Shown here: positions 18,199 to 28,143 of the stretch, one piece after another
Numbering within the stretch: the first letter of the stretch is position 1
Layout: each line of letters starts with the position of its first letter
IMG/VR virus record: IMGVR_UViG_3300020442_000005
Location: 1 to 64,000 of that record
Reading direction: 5' to 3' (one strand)
Length of the DNA: 64,000 bases
Made by a program: the position numbers and the translations under genes
The notes under the pieces: model-generated
Database searches by the model: none
Seen by the model: the letters and a program-made list of their open reading frames with translations, nothing else
What the model was told of the DNA's origin: nothing

Positions 18199-18654
18199 AT
18201 GTCTAATCTTATTAAAAAAACTTATTTCGGATCTACATATCCAAATACTATTTACTCTGATTTTGATTCTATTTTTACGCCTTTCATGAGGCAGTTTACA
18301 CGTAATGACAATAAATTCTACCAAACAGTTCCCCGCGCGAATGTTTACTATCGTGACAACGAAGGTTATTCTGTAGAGATGGCAGTACCTGGATTTGCTC
18401 GAGAAGACTTCAATCTCGACATTGAAAATGGTACGCTCACCGTTTCACTAAATGGAAAAGTGGAAGATACCGAGTCTGAAAACGATAGCATCAGACAGAG
18501 AGAGTGGTCGTATTCAACATTTAAACGTTCATTCTCGCTGCCAGATAATACTAATCTAGATGGTATTACTGCACGATATGATGCTGGTATTCTATATATC
18601 CAAGTACCAGTTGAAGACAATCAAAACCGTCGAACAAGAATCACTGTCGATTAA
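18199..18654 (+). CDS. Small heat-shock protein Hsp20/alpha-crystallin
   Basis: EMAVPGF.REDFNLDIENGTLTV, FKRSFSLPD, ARYDAGILYI; AGGAG RBS. Confidence 0.95.
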   Translation: MSNLIKKTYFGSTYPNTIYSDFDSIFTPFMRQFTRNDNKFYQTVPRANVYYRDNEGYSVEMAVPGFAREDFNLDIENGTLTVSLNGKVEDTESENDSIRQREWSYSTFKRSFSLPDNTNLDGITARYDAGILYIQVPVEDNQNRRTRITVD

Positions 18655-18685
18655 TCTGTATACACTTGACATGTGTTCGACATCT

Positions 18686-18712
18686 AAATGCCCGGTTTTC
18701 CGGGCATTTTTT
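18686..18712 (+). terminator. Rho-independent terminator
   Basis: AAATGCCCGG-TTTT-CCGGGCATTT followed by a T run. Confidence 0.9.
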
Positions 18713-18753
18713 GTTTTTGCATATAATTATATTTATAGAACAGAGAGGTACAT

Positions 18754-19431
18754 ATGTTGTTGCTTTTAGCATGTTTAGCTTTTGCAGAAGAACCAGAAGC
18801 CATCGAAACTGTAGCTGATGCAGAAATAGAAGTGGTTGCAAGTAAAGATATAGAAGTATTTGTTGCGCCAATAAAGATAAATAACCTGAGCACAGGCCAG
18901 ACTATTGAGGCGGTTATCGATGAAGATTCTGCTTTTGCATATACCGGTTCATATGCTCCGAGAAACGTAAAGACCGTCAATGACCGCGGAATATATGAAC
19001 CACTTTCGCTCGCCGGTGTTGAAATGATGGTATATAACGAAAGAACGATAGGCTATCATTGGCCTGACTGTAATTACCGTAGAGATCCTTTAAAGTGCAC
19101 AATCGCTAATTCTCAGTATTTTATGGAAACAATAATTACCATTGATGACAATCAATTAGTTGTAAGATCGACCTTGTATGATTCATATGCACAAGTTGTA
19201 TCAACATCAACGCAAACCGATAACAAGATTGTCCGCTGGATTAAGCAACAAGAAACAACTGTCGTTGTAAATCAGCAGAATGGCGGCTTGCTCGGAGGCG
19301 GTGGTACTACCACTACGATTCATCAGCCGAAAGAAGAATTGCCGCTTAAATGGGAAATACCTCATATGCTAACTGATAAAATGATAAGAGATACTGTTGT
19401 GGGTCTTTGGACTGGACTTAGATTGAAATAG
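18754..19431 (+). CDS. Exported hypothetical protein (signal peptide)
   Basis: MLLLLACLAFA-EE signal; GAGG RBS. Confidence 0.75.
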   Translation: MLLLLACLAFAEEPEAIETVADAEIEVVASKDIEVFVAPIKINNLSTGQTIEAVIDEDSAFAYTGSYAPRNVKTVNDRGIYEPLSLAGVEMMVYNERTIGYHWPDCNYRRDPLKCTIANSQYFMETIITIDDNQLVVRSTLYDSYAQVVSTSTQTDNKIVRWIKQQETTVVVNQQNGGLLGGGGTTTTIHQPKEELPLKWEIPHMLTDKMIRDTVVGLWTGLRLK

Positions 19432-19481
19432 ATTTTATTGATTTGTATGCATATTTATAATGTAATGACGGAGAAATAACT

Positions 19482-20507
19482 ATGGTATCATACAGCTTGG
19501 TTTCAAATACTGGCTCTCAGTTAGGATTGATTGATCAACAAACTATTTTAGAACAAAAGCTAGCTGATTTTTGGGATTCACCGTATGAAATACACCAGTT
19601 AAACGAATATTGTGAGCTGGTTTGCGAAGGTGATTTGCTACTTGAGTTTAGTCTCAAAGATTTTGTTATGGAACATCTGGTCAACGTTCTGCAGGCCTCA
19701 ATTGGCGCAGCGCTAGAGGCTGGAATAACCATTGGGACCGCTGGAGTGGGAACTGGTGGTGGTGTTGTTGCTGAAACTTTAAACGATCTTATATTCTTTG
19801 GATACTCTGTTGGTGACTTTGTAGTATCTGCCAAGGGTATATTTTCGGACTTGATGGAACTCAAGGAATTGTTGATTGAAATATTTAGTACCTCTATCGA
19901 AGATGAGCCGCAAGACATATACGACGCGGTACAGGAAGCAATTTCAGGTGCTGGTGATTTAATCAACCGTTTAGGTTTTGATTTTGATGAAATGATGGAA
20001 AAAATAACAAATGCATTTCAGTCACTTACAAAAAAAATCGCTAAGCCAGCCGGAGATATGATTGCGATTTTTAGCCCTGTACCAGGCACTGATGCCGCCG
20101 TACAAACGTTTATGAGTGAATTTGCGGATGATGCATTTAAGCTGTTTATAGAAAAATACGATTTAATTCCTGATTGGCTTAAAGAACTTTTACATGATCC
20201 AGATAGTTTACTCAATTTCGTCGAAGAAGGAATTGACGCCACTGTTAATTTTCTTGATGATATGATGAATACATCTGCAGAAGAAGCAGAGTCTCTGCTC
20301 GGTGCGATCGCATCCATAGGCCAAGATATTACAAATCCAGTTCTTGCAGTTCTTAAAAGAACGGGTCATGTCGAAAAGCTAATTAAATTTCTGAAAGGAG
20401 CTGCACTTGATGCCGCCGAATTTGCAGTTGAAACTATAGAAAAAATATATCCAATTATGATGGCTGGATTATCCGCATTGACTGTTATAACCACTGAAGA
20501 TTACTAA
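19482..20507 (+). CDS. Acidic helical hypothetical protein with Gly-rich hydrophobic segment
   Basis: ORF track; IGAALEAGITIGTAGVGTGGGVVA. Confidence 0.75.
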   Translation: MVSYSLVSNTGSQLGLIDQQTILEQKLADFWDSPYEIHQLNEYCELVCEGDLLLEFSLKDFVMEHLVNVLQASIGAALEAGITIGTAGVGTGGGVVAETLNDLIFFGYSVGDFVVSAKGIFSDLMELKELLIEIFSTSIEDEPQDIYDAVQEAISGAGDLINRLGFDFDEMMEKITNAFQSLTKKIAKPAGDMIAIFSPVPGTDAAVQTFMSEFADDAFKLFIEKYDLIPDWLKELLHDPDSLLNFVEEGIDATVNFLDDMMNTSAEEAESLLGAIASIGQDITNPVLAVLKRTGHVEKLIKFLKGAALDAAEFAVETIEKIYPIMMAGLSALTVITTEDY

Positions 20508-20818
20508 TGTCTAAACTACGTGAAGAGATTGGTCGCAATTATAGTACGATTGACCTGGATTTTAACAAGCCATACAGCATGATGGACAACACCGACGTTG
20601 ACGTCAACATGTTTGCAATGGACAACGGTAAATGGTCAGCTGAAGTAAAATGCATAAGTAACCCAAAGCTATCAACGCACATGAGAATCTTTAATGACGA
20701 AGCATCTGCGAATCATTGGGCAAGAATGCAAGTCGATCGCATAACAAGAAAGACCATGAATGAAAGTAAAATACGATTAATGGTAAGAACTGTTCTAAAA
20801 GAGCATTTTAGCCTGTAA
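20507..20818 (+). CDS. Hypothetical protein; C-terminal leader-like motif NESKIRLMVRTVLKE
   Basis: TAATG coupling. Confidence 0.75.
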   Translation: MSKLREEIGRNYSTIDLDFNKPYSMMDNTDVDVNMFAMDNGKWSAEVKCISNPKLSTHMRIFNDEASANHWARMQVDRITRKTMNESKIRLMVRTVLKEHFSL

Positions 20819-20841
20819 AGTTTAAGCACGGCCATTATAAT
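20813..20841 (+). promoter_or_regulatory. Promoter CTGTAA-N17-TATAAT
   Basis: Perfect -10 box, 17-nt spacer. Confidence 0.7.
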
Positions 20842-20868
20842 GAAATGTACTTTTATAATGGAGGAAAT

Positions 20869-21462
20869 ATGTCACTAAATGGCGTAAGTGCGGAATATAC
20901 TGTTAAGAAACTTTACGAGGTGTCGACCGGGTCTTCGGAGGATTCAAAAACGTTTGAATCAATGTGGGGATATTCTTTGTCTTATTTAGGCAAAGTGGAA
21001 ACAGGCAGAGTGCGAATTAGAATTACCAAAATGTCGGCTAGCGATTTCTTAGCTGCGTTTGGCAAAAATCCGGATGCCGATGAATACGCATCATCCGATC
21101 TTTCTGGTTACTCTATTTCTGGCTATTTAGAGAAGTGGCAGAAAGATAGAGGATGGGTTATGTGTTTGGACTGGCTTGGAGAACCTGAGGCATCTAATCT
21201 TACAATTGAGCAGGAGCTGCTCGACATGTTTAAGGCGTTCGTCACTGGCATGCCTAGTAAGATACTCATGAGCGATCCAGATGATTCGCCGGGATTTTCA
21301 AAGCCAAGATATAAGTCGACAATCGATTTTTCAAAATACATAAAACCTAATGAATACGATAAAGAAGAATTTCCAGAAGATGATGCACCAAAAGCAGCTG
21401 CCAAAAAGCCGAAGCCGAAGCCGAAAAACGATTCTGATGATGACGATATAGACTGGATTTAA
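20869..21462 (+). CDS. Hypothetical protein (start reassigned from 20845)
   Basis: GGAGG RBS before ATG 20869; acidic/basic tail. Confidence 0.75.
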   Translation: MSLNGVSAEYTVKKLYEVSTGSSEDSKTFESMWGYSLSYLGKVETGRVRIRITKMSASDFLAAFGKNPDADEYASSDLSGYSISGYLEKWQKDRGWVMCLDWLGEPEASNLTIEQELLDMFKAFVTGMPSKILMSDPDDSPGFSKPRYKSTIDFSKYIKPNEYDKEEFPEDDAPKAAAKKPKPKPKNDSDDDDIDWI

Positions 21463-21473
21463 TTTGAAATTTT

Positions 21474-21502
21474 GTGTATAACCTTTACGAGCAGGCTAAA
21501 TT
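21474..21502 (+). promoter_or_regulatory. Promoter GTGTAT-N17-TAAATT followed by ATATATGTAA
   Basis: Shares TAAATTATATATGTAA with the site at 22050. Confidence 0.6.
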
Positions 21503-21543
21503 ATATATGTAACAATCAAGTTATAGCAAAAAATGGAGTTACC

Positions 21544-22035
21544 ATGGCAAGAAGAAAACGTTTGGCCGGCATTTCTAGAAGTGAAATACGTGAAGCCATC
21601 AAAAACATCAAGCAAGAAGAGTCGGCTGAAGAATGTGTATCTGACACTAATTCAGCTGACATTCGTCCAAGTCAAGAATGGCGATCTGAGAAGATTCGTG
21701 CTAGAAAAGAAAAAATGCATCAAATGAGACAGGCTAGCCGTGAATTAGATTCTATCGTCAGATCAGAGTCAGTTGATGAGGTAACTCACATCGTCAGACA
21801 AAACTTCATCAGTGAAGGTGACATGGTCACATGGCGAAGTCGACCACAGATCATAAGAGAAGGTGAAGACCATGCCGGTGAAAAGTTTGGACTTGTGCTA
21901 GAAACAGAGGATTATGTCCATGAACGTTATCCATCTGGTACTCCAAAACGTATCACTAAATGTCATAAAGTCACAGTTCTCGTTGGTTCAACTGTTGAAG
22001 TTTGGCCGGCTAAAGCTGTAAATGTTTGTGAATAA
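21544..22035 (+). CDS. Hypothetical protein (start reassigned: MARRKR...)
   Basis: GGAG RBS; C-terminal SH3/KOW-like ISEGDMVTW. Confidence 0.7.
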   Translation: MARRKRLAGISRSEIREAIKNIKQEESAEECVSDTNSADIRPSQEWRSEKIRARKEKMHQMRQASRELDSIVRSESVDEVTHIVRQNFISEGDMVTWRSRPQIIREGEDHAGEKFGLVLETEDYVHERYPSGTPKRITKCHKVTVLVGSTVEVWPAKAVNVCE

Positions 22036-22049
22036 AATATCTAAAAACC

Positions 22050-22078
22050 GTGTAACCTGTATAACAACAAGATAAATT
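22050..22078 (+). promoter_or_regulatory. Promoter GTGTAA-N17-TAAATT followed by ATATATGTAA
   Basis: 16-nt identity with the preceding promoter's -10 region. Confidence 0.6.
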
Positions 22079-22122
22079 ATATATGTAAGAAGAAATCTTA
22101 CAGCTAACCTCTAGGAGACAAT

Positions 22123-23223
22123 ATGTCAGCAAAAAACCCGATCACTATTGCAACTTTCAATGTAGTTGCTCCAAATCTTCCGGCCTCTATTGCAGTTCTG
22201 ATGCGAGGACCAACTGGTGTTGGTAAATCACATCTAGCAAAACAGATCGCCGATCACCATGGCCTCCCGTTCATCGATGTCCGCGGTTCTACAATGTCTG
22301 AAGGTGACGTTGGCGGCTATCCCGACATCGAGTCAATGAAAGAGTCTGGTATCATGACGTTCTGTATGCCATCTTGGTTTGTCCGCGCTTGCAACGAACC
22401 AGTTGTTCTTATGCTTGACGAGTTGAATCGCTCTCTTCCAGGTGTTCAACAAGCATTCTTCCAGATTGTTCTTGACCGCGAGCTCGGTAACGATAAGAAT
22501 GGTAAGCCATACCGTTTGCATCCAGATACTCGAGTTATTGCTGCCATCAACTTCGGTTCTGAATACGACGTCAACGAAATGGACCCCGCTCTTCTTCGTC
22601 GATTTTGGGTAGCTGACATCGAGCCATCTACTGAAGACTGGCTGTCTTGGGCCGGTAACAATGACATCGACCCAGTGATGATGGACTTTATTCGCCAAAA
22701 TCCTGCTCATCTCCGTGTTGATCCTTCAACTGTTGAGCCTGGTACAGTCTGTCCAAACCCTGCATCTTGGGACCGTCTCAATCAAGCATTGACTCACATG
22801 AATATGAGTCCAACATCGGTTGCCGGCGCGCCGCGGCCTGATGGGATATATGCATTGTCTATGGGTATGGTTGGTACAGAAGCCGCTATTGCATTTTGCG
22901 CTTTCATGGAAAACTATGCTCGCCAAATCTCTGCAGAAGATGTTCTAGATGGTAAGGTTACAAAAGAAGTCATCAAAGATGCTCAAGTGTCAATGATGAA
23001 CAGTGTCATTGCGAAAGTATCAGAACACTCAAAAACAAATCAGTGGACTAAAAAGCAGGCTCGTAACGTTGCTGACTTCATGGAAGCATTGCCTGGTGAA
23101 ATGATGGTTGACCAGTGGAACAAAATCACTGAATCTCAGAACATCGCAAACATTCAGGTTATGCACAAACTCATCGGTCAAAAAATCGTTGAAGCTGTTA
23201 AGAAAAGCCGACAACTCAACTAA
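22123..23223 (+). CDS. MoxR-like AAA+ ATPase
   Basis: GPTGVGKS Walker A, LMLDELNR Walker B, DPALLRRF arginine finger. Confidence 0.9.
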   Translation: MSAKNPITIATFNVVAPNLPASIAVLMRGPTGVGKSHLAKQIADHHGLPFIDVRGSTMSEGDVGGYPDIESMKESGIMTFCMPSWFVRACNEPVVLMLDELNRSLPGVQQAFFQIVLDRELGNDKNGKPYRLHPDTRVIAAINFGSEYDVNEMDPALLRRFWVADIEPSTEDWLSWAGNNDIDPVMMDFIRQNPAHLRVDPSTVEPGTVCPNPASWDRLNQALTHMNMSPTSVAGAPRPDGIYALSMGMVGTEAAIAFCAFMENYARQISAEDVLDGKVTKEVIKDAQVSMMNSVIAKVSEHSKTNQWTKKQARNVADFMEALPGEMMVDQWNKITESQNIANIQVMHKLIGQKIVEAVKKSRQLN

Positions 23224-23228
23224 GTTGG

Positions 23229-23260
23229 ATGGGGGAGGCTAGTCCTCCCCCATTGTGTTT
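23229..23260 (+). terminator. Hairpin terminator
   Basis: ATGGGGGAGG-CTAGT-CCTCCCCCAT then TGTGTTT. Confidence 0.75.
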
Positions 23261-23274
23261 ATTGGAGAATACAT

Positions 23275-23547
23275 ATGGACAGAATATACAAAGGTGATTT
23301 AGTCATGGTGAAATCAACGCAGCAATTTGGTATTGTTGTTGAGATCGTCCGACGATCACCTCAAAACCCTGATTGGGATTTGATTTGTGTTCATTATGAC
23401 GGAAGTATTGACGAGGTGAGTCCTCGTACACTTACAAAAAATGTAAATAAATTCGTAAAATCTGTGAAAGACGTAGAAAAAGTGGATAAATTAAGTATGT
23501 ACCTAGCAAAAAGGAGTGAATATGTCAAAGAAAGAAACCGGAAATGA
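23275..23547 (+). CDS. Small KOW/SH3-like hypothetical protein
   Basis: YKGDLVMV..FGIVVEI; GGAG RBS. Confidence 0.65.
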   Translation: MDRIYKGDLVMVKSTQQFGIVVEIVRRSPQNPDWDLICVHYDGSIDEVSPRTLTKNVNKFVKSVKDVEKVDKLSMYLAKRSEYVKERNRK

Positions 23548-24931
23548 GGCATTAGTCTCGCGAGAAGTTTCTGCTGAAGAAGTCAGCAATTTCAAACTTG
23601 ATGAGTATATTATTCGTCTTATGTGGAAAGAGCCATTCTTTGCAGAGATTTTTAGAATTATGAAGAAAAAATCCACGGATCGCATTCCAACAGCCGGCGT
23701 GTTTATTCAAGACGGCGAAATGCATCTTTGGTACAATCCAAAGTTCATGGCCGGCCTAACAAATGCTCAGATTATTGGTTTGCTTAAGCACGAGTGTTAT
23801 CACTTAATCTATCAGCATACAACAAAGAGGCGACACAAGCCGCACATCATCTGGAATTATGCAACTGATCTTGCAATCAACTCATTGATTGATGAAAACG
23901 AGCTGCCTGAAGGCGGACTTATTCCAGGTAAAGCATTCTCTGCACTCACTCCTGAACAAAAGCAACAAATGGGTCCAAAGGCCGCTGAGCGTTACGAAAT
24001 GATTTCGGCCAAGATTGCAAGTTTTCCAAAGTTTGAATATTCTGAATGGTACTTTGCGCAGCTAATGGATGACGAAGACGTCAAACAAGCGATCGAATCT
24101 TCCGAGGCTATGGGCGGCAAATCACTTAGTGAGGCTCTAGCCGATGGCGACGTTATGATCGATGAAGACGGTAATCTGATCGATGCTGACGGCAACCCGG
24201 TAACAGTTGTCCCAGGTGCCGGTGCTGAAGGTTCTATGGATTCGCATGAAGGCTGGGATGAGCTAACTGACGAGCAGCGTGACGCTGTAAAGGCAACCGT
24301 TCAAAAGGCAATCGAAGACGGCGTCAACAAATGCAACCAATCTAATAAGTGGGGTTCTGTTAGTACAGAGATGCAGCAAGAGTTGAGAAAAATGATTTCA
24401 AAAGAAATCCCATGGCAGTCAGTGCTCAAACAGTTCTGCGGTATGACAAGAAGAGCTGACAGAACATCTTCAGTGCGCCGACTGAATCGTAAGTATCCTG
24501 CTATTCATCCAGGTACTCGTCGAAACTACAGGGCATCGATCGCTGTTTATCTGGATCAATCAGGTTCTGTTTCTGACAGCGACTTAGAAATGTTGTCCGG
24601 TGAGCTGGAAAGCCTTGCAAGCCGAGTTGAGTTTACGTTATTCAACTTTGACACTAGTGTTGATGAGGCATCTGAGAGAACTATCAAGCAGCGTTCGGCT
24701 GTCAGCCTGAACAGAACAAGATGCGGTGGAACTGATTTTCAATGCGTACAAAACCATGCCAACAAAAATGCAAAAAGATTTGATGGCTATCTGGTTCTAA
24801 CTGATGGTTTTGCCCCCGCCACGACCGGCCACAACAAACTGAAAAGAGGTTGGGTGATTGTACCGAACGGCGAGTTACAGTTTGCAAAACCTGGACGTGA
24901 CTTTGAAATCAAAATGCAAGGCAACCAATAA
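23522..24931 (+). CDS. DUF2201-type metallopeptidase-like plus vWA protein
   Basis: HECYH (HExxH), N.A.DLAIN, acidic linker, LDQSGS MIDAS, GGTDF, LTDG; AAGGAG RBS. Confidence 0.88.
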   Translation: MSKKETGNEALVSREVSAEEVSNFKLDEYIIRLMWKEPFFAEIFRIMKKKSTDRIPTAGVFIQDGEMHLWYNPKFMAGLTNAQIIGLLKHECYHLIYQHTTKRRHKPHIIWNYATDLAINSLIDENELPEGGLIPGKAFSALTPEQKQQMGPKAAERYEMISAKIASFPKFEYSEWYFAQLMDDEDVKQAIESSEAMGGKSLSEALADGDVMIDEDGNLIDADGNPVTVVPGAGAEGSMDSHEGWDELTDEQRDAVKATVQKAIEDGVNKCNQSNKWGSVSTEMQQELRKMISKEIPWQSVLKQFCGMTRRADRTSSVRRLNRKYPAIHPGTRRNYRASIAVYLDQSGSVSDSDLEMLSGELESLASRVEFTLFNFDTSVDEASERTIKQRSAVSLNRTRCGGTDFQCVQNHANKNAKRFDGYLVLTDGFAPATTGHNKLKRGWVIVPNGELQFAKPGRDFEIKMQGNQ

Positions 24932-24941
24932 CAGTTGCCTT
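24918..24941. terminator. Hairpin at a convergent gene junction
   Basis: AAGGCAAC-N8-GTTGCCTT. Confidence 0.5.
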
Positions 24942-24946
24942 TTAGA

Positions 24947-25684
24947 TCAATCCTTTTGAATGCAGTATTTTTCACAAGTTGAACTTAGAAAAAGAAAGGT
25001 TTTGATCTTTTCAACACCAGGTCCAAGTACCAAATGAGCAAAATCCTCTGTGACGGATGAAATCACTCCAACGATTTCTCCGTCACTGTTTATTACAGAG
25101 CTTCCAGAGCTACCGCCAGTTACAGCTAGACTAAACATTGAAAACCCAGCTTTGTCTGTTCCAGAATAAAAGCCGGTGAAATGATGTAAATTTTCCGGCA
25201 TGTATAAACCCATTGGATAACCAGAGTACTGTACGTAGTCTCCAGATTCAAGCCTTTCGTTGCTGACAGAAATGGCTTTCGCCTGTGTATATATCCTGAG
25301 AAGACAAAGATCGGATTCAAAGTCTACGGCAATTAAATCTGCATCGTGTTCGTTACCATCAAAGTCAAATAGCTGATAGACATATTGAGTATCAGGTAAA
25401 TTAAAATAGTAGTCAATACAAACATGGCCGGCCGTTAAGACATCGGAGTAGTTTTTATTTGAAGACACAGCTGTGCCAGTACCAGATGATTGAGAAAGCA
25501 GCAGCGGCTCATTGTTTTCTACCATAAAGTCGGATCGATAAATAAAAAAGACGCTGTCTTTCACGTTTTTGAAAGAAGCGCCGTAGTTAAGATCGACTTT
25601 ATGTTTTGCATATCCACAACATGAAACCGAAAAAACGATTATCATAAGCAGCAGTATTTTTTTTATTGTTTCATTTACATTCAT
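24947..25684 (-). CDS. Trypsin-like (S1) serine protease, probable lipoprotein
   Basis: LTAGHV (His), DLCLL (Asp), GGSSGS (Ser); hydrophobic N-terminus ending FSVSC; GGAGAG RBS before ATG 25684. Confidence 0.88.
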   Translation of the reverse strand: MNVNETIKKILLLMIIVFSVSCCGYAKHKVDLNYGASFKNVKDSVFFIYRSDFMVENNEPLLLSQSSGTGTAVSSNKNYSDVLTAGHVCIDYYFNLPDTQYVYQLFDFDGNEHDADLIAVDFESDLCLLRIYTQAKAISVSNERLESGDYVQYSGYPMGLYMPENLHHFTGFYSGTDKAGFSMFSLAVTGGSSGSSVINSDGEIVGVISSVTEDFAHLVLGPGVEKIKTFLFLSSTCEKYCIQKD

Positions 25685-25713
25685 AATGTCTCTCCCCAAA
25701 GAAATATGAAAAC

Positions 25714-25742
25714 TTGTACACCCGTATAAAATTAAGTATGAT
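25714..25742 (+). promoter_or_regulatory. Promoter TTGTAC-N17-TATGAT
   Basis: Fits the recurrent class. Confidence 0.65.
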
Positions 25743-25762
25743 ATTTAAAACTGAGGATACCA

Positions 25763-26560
25763 ATGAAAAAAATTGTTTTGTTTGACATGGATGGCACTTT
25801 AACTCCTGCAAGAAAGAAAATGACAATCGAAATGTGCCGTAAACTTGATGAGCTGCAAAGACATGGATTTGAAATAGGTATTGTTACGGGTAGTGACATG
25901 GAATATCTTAAAGAACAGTGCGATTTAATGCTTGGTCTCGGACCGGTCAACGCGTCACGAGTTCACTATCTGCCATGTAATGGTACAAAATACTATAAAA
26001 TGTATAACAACAAATTTCAAGCAGTATACGAAAGAGACATGTGGCAGGAAATAGGTGATCAACAGTTTAAAAAGTTAAACTCTCTTTTGTGTAGTTTGCA
26101 AAACTCTATTGCGACTTTTTACGATATCTCTTTAGCTGGTAACTATATAGTGTATCGAGGATCAATGATAAACTGGTGTCCAATAGGACGATCGGCAACT
26201 GCCGCAAACCGAGCACAATGGTGTTTTAAAGATCGAAAACAGGAAATTAGAAAGCAGTGGTTAAGAATCACACGCCAAGCCTTGAATAACCACGATCTAG
26301 AGAACGTCGTTGTTAAGCTTGGTGGAGAAACTAGCTTCGATATATACCCAGAAGGATGGGACAAGACATACGCTTTCAGGAACTTTAATGATGAGGACAC
26401 TATTTATTTCGTGGGTGATCGTTGTCAGCCGTATGTCGGTAACGATTACGAGGCGTATATACACGCGAAAAATCGTGGCAATGGTAACGGTTATTCAACT
26501 ACTGGACCTGAAGAAACTATTCGAATAATTGACGAAATTATCTTTAATGAAACAAAATAA
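25763..26560 (+). CDS. Eukaryote-type HAD-IIB phosphomannomutase-like protein
   Basis: FDMDGTLTPAR, VTGSD, RGSMINWCPIGR, GGETSFDIYPEGWDKTY, GD..GNDYE. Confidence 0.88.
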   Translation: MKKIVLFDMDGTLTPARKKMTIEMCRKLDELQRHGFEIGIVTGSDMEYLKEQCDLMLGLGPVNASRVHYLPCNGTKYYKMYNNKFQAVYERDMWQEIGDQQFKKLNSLLCSLQNSIATFYDISLAGNYIVYRGSMINWCPIGRSATAANRAQWCFKDRKQEIRKQWLRITRQALNNHDLENVVVKLGGETSFDIYPEGWDKTYAFRNFNDEDTIYFVGDRCQPYVGNDYEAYIHAKNRGNGNGYSTTGPEETIRIIDEIIFNETK

Positions 26561-26792
26561 ACTACCGAAAGGCGACCTACTAGGAATTGTCGATGGCGAT
26601 CTTGTTGAGATTCATGAATCTTTTGAGTCAATGGCCAAATGTAAATATGCGTTAGTTGTAAGGGCTTATTGGACAAATCCAGCACCATCAACTCATTTAA
26701 AAAGAACCATGCTCGAAGTAATGAAAGAGGATGGTACAATTTCAAAAATACCATTATCATTTATAAAAACAGTGTATAGAAAAGATGATTAG
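26547..26792 (+). CDS. Small hypothetical protein
   Basis: ATG 26547 (MKQNKLPKGD) in the ORF-track frame. Confidence 0.6.
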   Translation: MKQNKLPKGDLLGIVDGDLVEIHESFESMAKCKYALVVRAYWTNPAPSTHLKRTMLEVMKEDGTISKIPLSFIKTVYRKDD

Positions 26793-27222
26793 TGCATACA
26801 ACGAAAATATAGAAAAATATAAAAACAATCCATTGTTCGCGCATTGTATTGAGATTACAGTACCACCTGGCTACGTTGAATTGTTTGATGAACTAGTTGA
26901 GTGGATTGAGAATTACAACATACAAAACAAAACGTTTATCGGGTTTTCTCAAATCAAACTAAAATTCGGTTTATTAACAATCTATGTCGAGCATTATGTC
27001 AATCGGATCCATGAGTGGCAAGAGGATCAAAAGGCTTTAGGTTGGCCAGATTACTACAAGATTAAAGCTGTACAGGACCACATAGCCAACGTCTGTGAAA
27101 AGTCTAGATTGTTGTGCAAAGTTTGTGGAAAACAAAAAACAGAATTAGTTGTCGATTCAAAAGTTAAACTAATTTGCTTTGAGCACATGAAAAATGAAGA
27201 TAAATGGTGGGACGCAAAATGA
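26785..27222 (+). CDS. Hypothetical protein (QIKxKFG.L family-like, C-terminal CxxC)
   Basis: FSQIKLKFGLLTIY; CKVCG..ICFEH. Confidence 0.65.
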   Translation: MISAYNENIEKYKNNPLFAHCIEITVPPGYVELFDELVEWIENYNIQNKTFIGFSQIKLKFGLLTIYVEHYVNRIHEWQEDQKALGWPDYYKIKAVQDHIANVCEKSRLLCKVCGKQKTELVVDSKVKLICFEHMKNEDKWWDAK

Positions 27223-27527
27223 CTTGGCATCCGTTACGGTATAGATACCAAATGAGAAATGAATATGAAATAGGTGATTTAGTTCTTGTTACACCAGATC
27301 TGACGTTATATACATACATCGTAACAGAATCTGGCTGTGTAGAGCAACAATATATATTTTTAGATGAGGACGATATCGCATTTGGTATAATATATGACAT
27401 TTGTTATGATGATAAGATTCCATATTGTCAAATCAAGTTTCTTGTAGGCAATGAGATATTTTATCTTGACTGCCACGAAACTTTTACACCAGGCTTAAAA
27501 ATTATAAACGAGGAGAAACAATGTTAA
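27219..27527 (+). CDS. Hypothetical protein
   Basis: ATGA coupling; YEIGDLVLV. Confidence 0.6.
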   Translation: MTWHPLRYRYQMRNEYEIGDLVLVTPDLTLYTYIVTESGCVEQQYIFLDEDDIAFGIIYDICYDDKIPYCQIKFLVGNEIFYLDCHETFTPGLKIINEEKQC

Positions 27528-28120
27528 CTGCAATGGGCGACGTTATGCGCCGGGCATATGAGAAAGGTTGGATAACTACGAGAGATGGAAACATATCTGT
27601 TCGTCGATCAGGTAAAAGCACGCTTTATATCACTCCCTCAGGCTGGAGAAAAACCATCATCCATCCAGAACATATCATAAAAATTAAGATGAAGGGCAGC
27701 GAGCTTTTAGTACCAAACGGAGCACTTCCGTCTGGAGAATTAGAAATGCATCATAAGCTGCAGCTTCTCAACAGAAACAAAACACAAGCCATAGTTCACC
27801 TGCATCCCACAAACATTATTGCGGCATGTTTTGCTGGCTGGGACATGCAAGCACTATCAGCTGAGTTTCCTGAGGTTTCTAGATACACTAGGGTTGGTCC
27901 TACAGTACCTGTACTACCGGTAACTTCGCCTGAGCTAGCAAATGCTACATTTCATGCAATGACCGGCTTTAAAAACGAGAACATAGAGTTTGATATTGTA
28001 GCCCAAGCAAATCATGGAGTATGCGCAATTGCACAGAATCCGTGGGACGCTTATGAGCACATTGAAAGGTTAGAACACATATGCGAGATAGCATTAAAAT
28101 CAGGCGTAAGGCCATATTAG
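27521..28120 (+). CDS. Class II aldolase/adducin-family protein
   Basis: DGNIS, ITPSG, SGELEMH, VHLHP, NHGV Zn ligands. Confidence 0.9.
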   Translation: MLTAMGDVMRRAYEKGWITTRDGNISVRRSGKSTLYITPSGWRKTIIHPEHIIKIKMKGSELLVPNGALPSGELEMHHKLQLLNRNKTQAIVHLHPTNIIAACFAGWDMQALSAEFPEVSRYTRVGPTVPVLPVTSPELANATFHAMTGFKNENIEFDIVAQANHGVCAIAQNPWDAYEHIERLEHICEIALKSGVRPY

Positions 28121-28143
28121 GCAATAGTTATATTTGGTGACAT

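Noticed and set aside
18666-18694. TTGACA -35 box after hsp20
   Set aside because: No -10 box at 16-18 nt spacing; it runs into the terminator hairpin
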